DNA of 64,000 nucleotides from Candidatus Gottesmanbacteria bacterium (GTDB lineage: Bacteria > Patescibacteriota > Microgenomatia > UBA10105 > UBA927), in assembly GCA_023245355.1 (NCBI GenBank), contig JAHFKN010000006.1, positions 454-64,453 of the forward strand, read 5' to 3'. The notes below the pieces were generated by a model. That model worked only from the letters and a program-made list of their open reading frames with translations, did no database searches and was not told where the DNA came from. Made by a program: the position numbers and the translations under genes. Within the stretch, counting starts at the first letter, position 1, and the number at the start of each line of letters is the position of its first letter. Shown here piece after piece: positions 27,526 through 35,669 of the stretch.

Positions 27526-29885
27526 GCCGCGACTCCTTGAAATTCAAGCGTGCCGCCGCAGTATTTCATAATCACTTCCACTGATTCCTGTAAGGACTGT
27601 TCTACTGCTGCAGGAGTTATGTCATACACGCCGTCGACATTTATCCAGATATTTTTGGTTTGTTCCGTTACCATAGTGCGTTTGGCATCGCGGAAATTAA
27701 AGTCTATGTTGTATCCGCCGTTCTGATCATAGTAGGCGATTTCTTTTGCCGTGTATTTGGTTGGCGTGGTATCCCCCAAAAGCAGTATCTCGTCTCCCTC
27801 ACCTGCAAACCGCAGCACGGTCGGGAACGCGACGTTATCGGCATCAAACGCGCCGACGGAAATGCGGTGCTTCATGACAACCAGGTTATATGCATCCACA
27901 CAGGTATTTACCGAGTAGAGTTCTTTCCCCACGGCAATACGCCGAAGCAGCGCTTCCGGCGACGGCCGGCGTGAATGCCAGTCTATCCCCATTTCTTTGT
28001 ACAGTTTCCGGTAACTGATAAGTTCCGGATACGTGCCGAGTTTTTCGGTCGTAAGCCCGGCAAGTGTCGATAGGAATTCCTGTTTTTCTTTTTCCAGACC
28101 AGGATCCGTTTTAGTAATCGTCACTCCTTTGATCAGCGCGACTCCTACGGAAATACTCGGAATACTTTTTTTGAGTTTCGGATCTATGAGGATATACTCC
28201 GGTTTCGCGATAACGGAAACGCCTTGCGCTATGTCAGGCACCGCCTCTTTCGTATTGAGCGTCAGCCGCTCTACTACAGCATCCACCGGGAACTGTTTGA
28301 GCAGCCATCCTGCTCTGGGACCGTGTTCTTTGTCCAACACGACCAGATACAGCGCTTTGAATGCGGACCGAAGGTCAATCCCCTGGGATTTAGCCAGTAC
28401 AAAAAGTTCAGACTGCATTTTTTCCGGGTCGTCCACACGCTGCCAAATAGTTGCTAACGCATTCAGAAATAACCACTGCTCTTTGGTAAAGGTATATTCC
28501 TGTTTGGATTTTGTGGAAATCCGGTACCGGTATTCGTCCGGCGCATAGGTGTCTAACCAGACGCGTGCATACTTCCCGCGGTTTTCCAACACGGCTTTTT
28601 CCTCTTTGGTCAGTGCGGAACCTTTTATCGCACTGAATTTGGAAACCAAATCCACATTTGGAAGCTGCATGAAGTTGGCGACATCCCGGAAACGAGGCAC
28701 AAACATGGCTTTTTTGTCCGGAATATCCTGAATCTGTGACAACTCAAACGCCCGTGCCAGGCCCTCGTCTGACCCGTCTATGAACGCCTGCCAGCACCGG
28801 TCGTATTCGTCGAACAGATCCGGGATAGCCATGGTACCCATCGGGTCAAACTCGATAGCCTGACGGTAATCGGTCCGGGTAAACAAAAATCTGCCGACTT
28901 CCGCAGGCAACAGGGATGTAAGGTCGCGTCCTTTGAGTCCCAACCCTTTGGACGAGGACATTTTCTTCCCGCCGATCAGGAAAAACTCATACGGGAGGTT
29001 ATAGGGATTGTCGATATGGAACACGTCTTTGCACAGTTCTTTGGCAATATCCCGCGAGCCACCTGCGGACGAATGGTCTTTACCCGCTCCCTCTATGGTG
29101 ACACCCAGCACTTTCCAGTGTGCCGGCCAGTCCACTTTCCACGGAAGTTTGCCCGGGTGATGCTTGCTGTCGTTAGGATCCGTAAACGGACTCGTTTTTC
29201 CTGTGTATCCGCACCCCCGCGCCCAGGTAACCATATCAGGTTCGCAGGTGTACTCTACCATTGTTCCATCCCACCCGTGTACCCTCGTGGTTCCCAGTCT
29301 GCCGCATTTTTCGCAGATAACCTGCAAAGGTAGCCAGCCTTTGTCGCGTTTTTTGCTGCCGCTTACCCGCTGATAGATATCCTGTATGCGTGTAGCATTA
29401 TCCAGCGCTTCGCGGATGACGCCGTCGAATAGGCCCTTATGATACATATCCCAGGAAGAACGGAATTCTGCCCGCACTCCCAAACTTACCAATACGCTTT
29501 GGAAATCTTTGGTAAAGTACTCGGCAAAACTTGTAAACCCGGGCTCAGGCGATTTGGCCAGGCGCAGCGGTTTGCCCAGCTCATCTTTCATGCGTGAGAG
29601 TTCCGGCGGCAGTCCGTCTACCGGGTCGAAATCGTTGAAAATGTACGTGAATGTCGCTTTCACCCCGGCATCGACCAGCGACCGGTACGCCAGGTCATGC
29701 ACGAGCGGCCCGCGGAGCGAACCGATATGCGCAAACCCGGACGGGGTAAACATGTCGTCCACCCAATACGGCTTGTGACTTCCTGATGCAATTATTTCGT
29801 GAGCGATCCTGTCTGACCAGAACATAGGTATATTATAACGAAAAACCCCGCTTGTGGCGGGGTTCATTTTTTCCTTCTTCTCCAA
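27522..29885 (-). CDS. lysK: Class I lysyl-tRNA synthetase with a C-terminal B3/4-like (PheT editing-domain-like) extension
   Basis: Class I HIGH-like motif (FAHIGSLRG) and KMSKS motif (KMSSSKG), in LysK-like order. About 257 extra C-terminal residues resemble the B3/4 domain (SVNTCVDAYNLVV..ISVGAFDAD..RFAGEGDEI..YYDQNGGYN). Confidence 0.8.
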   Translation of the reverse strand: MEKKEKMNPATSGVFRYNIPMFWSDRIAHEIIASGSHKPYWVDDMFTPSGFAHIGSLRGPLVHDLAYRSLVDAGVKATFTYIFNDFDPVDGLPPELSRMKDELGKPLRLAKSPEPGFTSFAEYFTKDFQSVLVSLGVRAEFRSSWDMYHKGLFDGVIREALDNATRIQDIYQRVSGSKKRDKGWLPLQVICEKCGRLGTTRVHGWDGTMVEYTCEPDMVTWARGCGYTGKTSPFTDPNDSKHHPGKLPWKVDWPAHWKVLGVTIEGAGKDHSSAGGSRDIAKELCKDVFHIDNPYNLPYEFFLIGGKKMSSSKGLGLKGRDLTSLLPAEVGRFLFTRTDYRQAIEFDPMGTMAIPDLFDEYDRCWQAFIDGSDEGLARAFELSQIQDIPDKKAMFVPRFRDVANFMQLPNVDLVSKFSAIKGSALTKEEKAVLENRGKYARVWLDTYAPDEYRYRISTKSKQEYTFTKEQWLFLNALATIWQRVDDPEKMQSELFVLAKSQGIDLRSAFKALYLVVLDKEHGPRAGWLLKQFPVDAVVERLTLNTKEAVPDIAQGVSVIAKPEYILIDPKLKKSIPSISVGVALIKGVTITKTDPGLEKEKQEFLSTLAGLTTEKLGTYPELISYRKLYKEMGIDWHSRRPSPEALLRRIAVGKELYSVNTCVDAYNLVVMKHRISVGAFDADNVAFPTVLRFAGEGDEILLLGDTTPTKYTAKEIAYYDQNGGYNIDFNFRDAKRTMVTEQTKNIWINVDGVYDITPAAVEQSLQESVEVIMKYCGGTLEFQGVAA

Positions 29886-29888
29886 GCA

Positions 29889-30350
29889 TTATTCAATGCT
29901 CAGGATTTTGTAGAGGATTTTGCCCGCCGGAGCTTCTACCTCTACCTTTTCTCCCACCTTCTTACCGAGCAATGCTTTGCCAAGCGGTGATTCATGGGAG
30001 ATTTTTTTACTGGCGGGATCTGCTTCCCACTCTCCGACCACGGTAAATTCTTCTTTTTTGCCGTTTATGTGGAGCGTGACTTTGCAGCCGACGTCGACCT
30101 GGCCTTTGGCGTGGGTTGTGACGACTTTTACGTCGTGAAGCACGACTTCCAGCTCGGCGATTCTGCCATCGATAAACGACAGGCTCTGTTTGGCATCGGT
30201 ATATTCGCTGTTTTCCGACAAATCACCCTGATCACGGGCGGTTGCAAGGCGGGTCACAGCCTCCGGGCGCTTTACGTTTACGAGTTCTTCGTATTCGGCT
30301 TTCAGCGCGTCCAGACCTTCTTTTGTGACGACTACATGATTGATTGTCAT
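29889..30350 (-). CDS. greA: Transcription elongation factor GreA
   Basis: N-terminal coiled coil with the acidic tip (DLSENSEY) and a C-terminal FKBP-like domain. Confidence 0.9.
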   Translation of the reverse strand: MTINHVVVTKEGLDALKAEYEELVNVKRPEAVTRLATARDQGDLSENSEYTDAKQSLSFIDGRIAELEVVLHDVKVVTTHAKGQVDVGCKVTLHINGKKEEFTVVGEWEADPASKKISHESPLGKALLGKKVGEKVEVEAPAGKILYKILSIE

Positions 30351-30505
30351 AGTATCCTGGTTAAAAAAAACCTCCCCACGGTAAATATGCCCAGGGAGAC
30401 AGATAATTTCTGCGTCTTTTGGCCCTATCGGGCTTTGGACGTAGGTAAGATTTTCTCAGACTGTTCCCGCCTTGTCAAGGCTGTGTTCGGAACGGGTTGT
30501 GCGCT

Positions 30506-30838
30506 TTAGAATCCCTGCAAACCCTGCAGTTGCTGGTTAACCTGCGCGTTGATTCCGTTCATAAACTGCATGGTCCAGCGCACGGCTAAAATCGTAGAAA
30601 CGACGGTGATTGCAATACACACGTATGCAATCCGTTTACTGTCGGAATCTTCCTGTTTCAGGTACTTAAATCCCCACCAAAGACCGATGGGAGGCAATAG
30701 CAAACTGCCCAGATAATACATGATTTCGGTCGTACGCGACGTAGACAGGGGCTTCTCGTGCAGGTTTTTGCCGCAGTTGAAACAATAATAATCGGTTGTA
30801 CGGACAACAGTGTGACATACGGGACATAAAGGATCCAT
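30506..30838 (-). CDS. Zinc-ribbon membrane protein (hypothetical)
   Basis: Starts MDPLCPVCH...CFNCGKNL (a CxxC...CxxC ribbon) followed by 2 TM helices. The ATG at 30838 is preferred over the long upstream extension. Confidence 0.45.
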   Translation of the reverse strand: MDPLCPVCHTVVRTTDYYCFNCGKNLHEKPLSTSRTTEIMYYLGSLLLPPIGLWWGFKYLKQEDSDSKRIAYVCIAITVVSTILAVRWTMQFMNGINAQVNQQLQGLQGF

Positions 30839-31203
30839 ATGTGCATTGTATACGTTCCCGGTGCTACAATACCAGCCTAATATGGCAGACACAGAACGCA
30901 TTATTCTCTCCCGCAGGTTTCTCATTATCCGGAGCCAGTCCATGGAAGAAGTTATCTCTGACGGAAAAATGATGTTTCGCGCACTCGGCCCATGCCCGAT
31001 GTGGGGAGAAGAAGATACCCGAACCGGTATCATTTGTGATGTGCGGCGGAGCGCAACAGTCTTTGCCCGCTGGCACCTGACTCTTCCGGACAAACATGTA
31101 CTGGTTACCCGGTACATGATGGGAATATCATAATAACCCGCTCCCCCTCTATAAGGGGTTAGTGCTATGAAGACCTGATTTATCCGAATCCATAATACGA
31201 AAG

Positions 31204-31689
31204 TTATTTGAACTGCACGAACACGCCATATTCGTCAAACGTGTTTTTTCTGGCAAAATATTTCGCGTACGAAATATCCCTAGGTGCTAACGTGTCGCTG
31301 TCCACATCCAAAATGAGATCGATATCAGAAGGTAGCGATCTGGATCTGTGGCCTCGGGTAACGTTGTTGATCGCGTCCTCTACCGTGTATTCTACCGGAT
31401 AGACTCCCCAACGCGCTTTCGACCTGCTTAATAAAAGTGATTTTAAAAGCGGCAACCTCAGTAAAGGAGCCGTACTTCCAAACAGACTCCACTCCCTGAC
31501 GTGCAGACCGGATGAAGTGAATCGTTTGCGCAAAAATTTCAGTGAGTCCTGATAATTACGCAGGCAGAGCTCTTTTGCATGTTGATCCTGCGCTACACCA
31601 AACTCGTCCAGCGAGTGCGAGAGTTGAGATAACAGTTGTTCCCTGCGCGTACCGGCGAAGCGTTCTGATTCGAAGTCGAATGTGTTCAT
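31204..31689 (-). CDS. Hypothetical protein
   Basis: ORF with a balanced amino-acid composition and no recognisable motif. It lies in the tRNA-Glu-proximal islet. Confidence 0.35.
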   Translation of the reverse strand: MNTFDFESERFAGTRREQLLSQLSHSLDEFGVAQDQHAKELCLRNYQDSLKFLRKRFTSSGLHVREWSLFGSTAPLLRLPLLKSLLLSRSKARWGVYPVEYTVEDAINNVTRGHRSRSLPSDIDLILDVDSDTLAPRDISYAKYFARKNTFDEYGVFVQFK

Positions 31690-31830
31690 ATTAAACCTAT
31701 CATACTAATAAACACACATGATGGCTACGAAAGCACAAAATTCGTGACGGCACACGCACTAATTATGTTCTTTAAAAGAGACTATTTGGTGCAAAACGCA
31801 AAATGACAAACAGGCGTGCAAAAAAATCCT

Positions 31831-31900
31831 CCCCGTGCCGAATTATTTTGTGAGTACTCCGTGCCGGAAGAATAACAGCGCTAGTCTCACGTGCCGGATT
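31831..31900. repeat. Three degenerate direct copies of the tRNA-Glu 3'-end sequence (core CCGTGCCGGA) spaced 27-30 bp apart
   Basis: Copies at 31831-31844 (ccccgtgccgaatt), 31858-31870 and 31888-31900 (cacgtgccggatt) match tRNA 32056-32069 (ccccgtgccggatt). A GCCGCG-GGTA-CGCGGC hairpin follows at 31901-31916. Confidence 0.6.
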
Positions 31901-32015
31901 GCCGCGGGTACGCGGCACTCACCAGGAGTATGACTCGCAGATATGAATCCGCTCGTTAACTCCTGGACTGCGTACCGGCAAGCCGTTTCATATATCCTGC
32001 ACAGGATATATGCGT

Positions 32016-32047
32016 ATAAAAAATCCCGCCGATGGCGGGAGTTTTTA
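32016..32047. terminator. Bidirectional intrinsic terminator immediately 3' of tRNA-Glu
   Basis: AAAAAA-TCCCGCC-GAT-GGCGGGA-GTTTTT: a 7-bp GC-rich stem flanked by an A-run and a T-run, 6 nt from the tRNA 3' end. Confidence 0.7.
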
Positions 32048-32053
32048 TACGTG

Positions 32054-32127
32054 TACCCCGTGCCGGATTCGAACCGGCGATCTATACCTTGAGAAGGTAT
32101 CGTCCTAGGCCGCTAGACGAACGGGGC
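32054..32127 (-). tRNA. tRNA-Glu (anticodon CUC)
   Basis: Cloverleaf derived by hand: GCCCCGU acceptor stem, UCUAGCGGCCUAGGAC D-arm as in bacterial tRNA-Glu, anticodon stem AUACC/GGUAU with loop UUCUCAA, and T-arm GCCGG-UUCGAAU-CCGGC. 74 nt; CCA is not encoded. Confidence 0.8.
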
Positions 32128-32179
32128 TATTATAAGGGTATTTTACCATGTCCGGAGCATTCTCTGCTAAATGCGTGAT

Positions 32180-32494
32180 TTACGGCTCGTAGGTGTATTC
32201 ATACACCGGGTATCCCTCATAGGAACGCTCGACCCACTGATACTGAGGGAATTTGTGTATCAGTTTCCTGCCCTGCAGGGTTGCCGCTTCATACCGGTGG
32301 ACGACGGGTTTACGCTTCCTCCGGGCAATCCGCTGGAATTCCTCTGCGATCTCGCCCATGATCTCGGTTCCCCTGTGAGGCGCGGTAATCCAGCCGTCTG
32401 TTGCCACGATTCGCTCCCCCTCATCACGCAGGGTGTAATCGGCAAAGTATTCCGCTGTTCTGCCGCGACGCGGTAGCTTAAGTTGTTCGCGCAT
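32180..32494 (-). CDS. Hypothetical protein
   Basis: Charged, protein-like composition. The overlapping plus-strand ORF looks antisense-like. Confidence 0.3.
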   Translation of the reverse strand: MREQLKLPRRGRTAEYFADYTLRDEGERIVATDGWITAPHRGTEIMGEIAEEFQRIARRKRKPVVHRYEAATLQGRKLIHKFPQYQWVERSYEGYPVYEYTYEP

Positions 32495-32553
32495 ATATGC
32501 GAAGGGCTACTATAGCGGATTTCATCTTTCGCTTCAAATCGGAATGCCGATGC

Positions 32554-32940
32554 ATGTATAATATCCGTATGGGAAGCTACATCGAAATAAACGATACGTT
32601 ACGCATTACCGTCGAACAGGGATTCCCCAAAGAACTGGACTACGAAACGCATAAAGCCAAACCGTTTACTGCCAAAGACTTCGAAGGCCGCGTGTTTGAG
32701 TTCCGGGATAAGCCCGCAGTCCGCATATATAAAGCGCCCCCGGTGCGGAATTTTCTCGTACAGGATATCGGCGGCAAATGGCTCTACTGGGGACTTGTCC
32801 ACATACTCGAGGTTACCCACGATTACACAAAACAGACGACGTCAGGAAAATATATCATCCAGTACATCTATACCCCCGAAGAAATGAAGTCTGCCCAGAC
32901 GATTGTCGACCGGGATTTCTCAACCGACTATCTTACCTGA
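32554..32940 (+). CDS. Hypothetical protein
   Basis: ORF with the internal ATG start (MYNIRMGSYIEIND) preferred. No identifiable domain. Confidence 0.4.
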   Translation: MYNIRMGSYIEINDTLRITVEQGFPKELDYETHKAKPFTAKDFEGRVFEFRDKPAVRIYKAPPVRNFLVQDIGGKWLYWGLVHILEVTHDYTKQTTSGKYIIQYIYTPEEMKSAQTIVDRDFSTDYLT

Positions 32941-32941
32941 C

Positions 32942-33457
32942 ATGACAGAAACTACCGGACAGGAGATGCCCCAACAAACGCCGGAACAGCCGGTGCAGGA
33001 AAAACAGACTATCATCGAAAAATTCCGCGCGGAACGCCTCAAACTCTGGAAAACCATGTCGCTTAAAATGAAAGAGCACCCCAAAATGGCGCGGGTTCTC
33101 TCTGCCGCGGTAAACGCGACGGCCGGCGCGTATATCAAACTGAGTGCGGAAGCATATACGGGGAAAACAATCGACCAGCAGCAGCTTACTCCGCTCGGAA
33201 GAATTGTACATGCATTCATCGTAACGACTGGTTTGGCGTCGTACGGATTGCTTGCAGCCGGACGCGGGGAATTGGCCGCCATTACCTACGGCTCATCGTG
33301 GGCTGCATATGCGTTAATGTACGGACCGGAACTTATATCCCCGGCACTGCAGACGGCAGCAGACAAAATGGGAGACAAACATCCCAAAATGGCAAATGTA
33401 TTGCGATTAGTAGCAAAAACCAGCGAGATGCCGAAAAAATTGTTTTTCAAATCCTGA
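32942..33457 (+). CDS. Hypothetical protein with an internal duplicated motif (KEHPKMARVL / DKHPKMANVL)
   Basis: ORF abutting the previous stop. A repeated HPKMAxVL motif occurs about 100 aa apart. Confidence 0.4.
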   Translation: MTETTGQEMPQQTPEQPVQEKQTIIEKFRAERLKLWKTMSLKMKEHPKMARVLSAAVNATAGAYIKLSAEAYTGKTIDQQQLTPLGRIVHAFIVTTGLASYGLLAAGRGELAAITYGSSWAAYALMYGPELISPALQTAADKMGDKHPKMANVLRLVAKTSEMPKKLFFKS

Positions 33458-33460
33458 CAT

Positions 33461-33649
33461 ATGGCAACCATAGATGAACTCATCGATCAACTCATAGCCC
33501 TCGGCGAAGACCGCGATGAACTGGAATTCTGGCGGTCGCTGTACCCGAACGTATCTCCCGATGAGCAGCAGGCGTTACTGAGCAACCTGGAAAAAGAACT
33601 GGAAGAAATCAGAAAATCCGTGGTCCCGGCGACCCCCAACAAACCGTAA
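33461..33649 (+). CDS. Small acidic hypothetical protein (62 aa)
   Basis: Short ORF packed tightly after the preceding gene. Confidence 0.3.
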   Translation: MATIDELIDQLIALGEDRDELEFWRSLYPNVSPDEQQALLSNLEKELEEIRKSVVPATPNKP

Positions 33650-33668
33650 ACCCTCAGTCAAGAAAATT

Positions 33669-34643
33669 TCAGCGCTTGGCGTATAGTCGGAAAAACTCAC
33701 GGAATATCGATGTGGCGCGTTTTTTGGTAGCCGGATCCTGCAATGCTGCCGTCACTTCTTCGTGACTTGTCGCATTCGTTCCGTCGGGTGCAATTACATT
33801 GGATACCAGCGACACTCCCAGCGTCTCCATGCCGATATTGGACGCCGTGATGATTTCCGGCACGGTCGACATACCCACTGCATCAGCGCCTGTTTTCCGG
33901 AGCATCTGGGAATCGGCAACCGACTCAAACGTCGGGCCGGTTAATGCCGCGTACACGCCGTCATGAAGATGCGTTTCTTCCCCGACATTTCGGGCTGCCT
34001 CATGAAGCAGCGCACGCAGGTTTGCGTTGTACTGCATATGCTGCGGCTGGAATCTGGGGGCGTCCATAAAGTCCACCTGCGGGCCCAGCAATGCGTTGGG
34101 GAAATGGATATCTATATGCGAGGTAATCGCCATCAGATCACCCGGCTTCTGTGCGGGGTTTAATCCGCCCGCTGCGTTCGTTGCGATATAGAGTTCAGCT
34201 CCCAGCGCGCGTGCAACGTACACCGGGAACACCACGTTTTTAAGTGCGATGACCTGGTTAGGCTGTCCGCCCTCTTCGTAATAATGATGCCTGCCCTGAT
34301 ATCCGATAACGGGTATTCCCTCGATGTATCCTGCAATCAGGTTTCCTGCGTGGCCTGCCACCGTCGGCTTGAAAAATCCGGGTATGTCCCCGTAGGGAAC
34401 GGTTGCGACTTTTTGTATACTCTCACCTATTTCCCCCAACCCGCCGGAACCTAACGTAATGACTGCTTTCGGGGTAAATCCCTCCGGCAGGCGTTCTTTG
34501 ATAAACGCTGCTGCCTCATCTATACGGGTGCGATACGTTTCGGGGTCAAACACCGCGGGGTGCTCCTGGTATCGCACGGTAGTATTCTCAACAGTCAGCA
34601 TACTGGCCCGCAGTATACTGCGATACTTCGATAAACACAACAA
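33669..34643 (-). CDS. Purine nucleoside phosphorylase / MTA phosphorylase family (PNP family 2)
   Basis: Phosphate-binding motif VITLGSGGLG and a PNP/MTAP C-terminal region (MAITSHIDIHF..., STVPEIITA). Confidence 0.8.
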   Translation of the reverse strand: MLCLSKYRSILRASMLTVENTTVRYQEHPAVFDPETYRTRIDEAAAFIKERLPEGFTPKAVITLGSGGLGEIGESIQKVATVPYGDIPGFFKPTVAGHAGNLIAGYIEGIPVIGYQGRHHYYEEGGQPNQVIALKNVVFPVYVARALGAELYIATNAAGGLNPAQKPGDLMAITSHIDIHFPNALLGPQVDFMDAPRFQPQHMQYNANLRALLHEAARNVGEETHLHDGVYAALTGPTFESVADSQMLRKTGADAVGMSTVPEIITASNIGMETLGVSLVSNVIAPDGTNATSHEEVTAALQDPATKKRATSIFREFFRLYAKR

Positions 34644-34714
34644 ATTTCCCGTCAGGACAAACTAAATCATATGCTCAAATAACCTCTGGGCCATGTTCAG
34701 CCTGAAATGATACA

Positions 34715-35665
34715 ATGTTGTCCATGGATGGCGCCCCAACAAAGCGGAAACGATGGATACGGTTCATCCTGCTCATCATCGGTATTCCGGTTATTGCCGG
34801 TTTGCTTCTCAAAACGCTTTTTTTCTCCCGGGCTACGGTCATATCCCCAATTCCTGATGCGTCTATCCCACGGACCACATCAGCGCCCAAAACATTCAGC
34901 CTGTTTAAAAAACAAAAAAGTGCCGACGATCTGACCGACAAAATAAATAATGCCGTCGACGAGACGTGGAACGATTATTCCGTAGTCGTAGAAGATTATA
35001 CGTCGGATTTCGCACTCCGCATCAGTGAGGGAGAAATATTTGTCGCCGCGTCCGTCAATAAAATTCCGATTCTTGCCGCCCTGTATTATTATGCCGGCAA
35101 AGGCGATATAGACCTGGACCGCGATATCACCGTGCAGGCAGCCGACATACAGGATTACGGCACCGGTTCATTGCGGTATGAAGAACCCGGAGCCGTATAT
35201 TCTATCAAGACACTTGCCAAACTTATGATCAAGCAAAGTGACAATACGGCAACCTATATTCTGGCAAACCACATCATCGGCTTTGACAAACTCAAAGAAA
35301 TCACCGCACAGTGGGGACTCGTCCAAACCGATATGGTAGACAACAAAACATCCAACCAGGATATTGCCAAACTTATGCGCATGATTTATGAGGGTAAAAT
35401 TACCGACGCTGCGCATACCCAGGAAATGCTCTCATTCCTCAAAGATACGGACCATGAGACCAGACTTCCGGCGCTTCTTCCCGACGGCGTCACTGTGTAT
35501 CACAAAATCGGCACCGAAGTAGGCGTTATCCATGATGCGGGAGTCATCACCGACGGCAAACATACCTATTACCTGGGGATATTCACAAACGGCACCGCAG
35601 AGGGAGAGGAAACGGACAAACACTTTGCCGACATCTCCAAAATCGTGTACGACTACATGAAGTGA
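34715..35665 (+). CDS. Class A beta-lactamase-like serine hydrolase (membrane-anchored)
   Basis: N-terminal TM helix, SxxK motif (SVNK), SDN motif (QSDNT), and a KxG-type motif (HKIGT). Confidence 0.6.
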   Translation: MLSMDGAPTKRKRWIRFILLIIGIPVIAGLLLKTLFFSRATVISPIPDASIPRTTSAPKTFSLFKKQKSADDLTDKINNAVDETWNDYSVVVEDYTSDFALRISEGEIFVAASVNKIPILAALYYYAGKGDIDLDRDITVQAADIQDYGTGSLRYEEPGAVYSIKTLAKLMIKQSDNTATYILANHIIGFDKLKEITAQWGLVQTDMVDNKTSNQDIAKLMRMIYEGKITDAAHTQEMLSFLKDTDHETRLPALLPDGVTVYHKIGTEVGVIHDAGVITDGKHTYYLGIFTNGTAEGEETDKHFADISKIVYDYMK

Positions 35666-35669
35666 TTTC

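Noticed and set aside
30846-31133. Plus-strand 95-aa ORF, together with the long upstream extension of the minus-strand zinc-ribbon ORF (to 31117).
   Set aside because: The two overlap mutually. The zinc-ribbon protein has a good internal ATG at 30838 and neither extension shows motifs. The 30839-31203 region is left uncalled, with the ambiguity noted in a finding.
32171-32476. Plus-strand 101-aa ORF overlapping the 32180-32494 minus-strand ORF.
   Set aside because: It is Leu/Arg/Cys/Pro-rich and antisense-like. The minus-strand frame has a more protein-like charged composition. Neither has a motif, so the call stays at low confidence.
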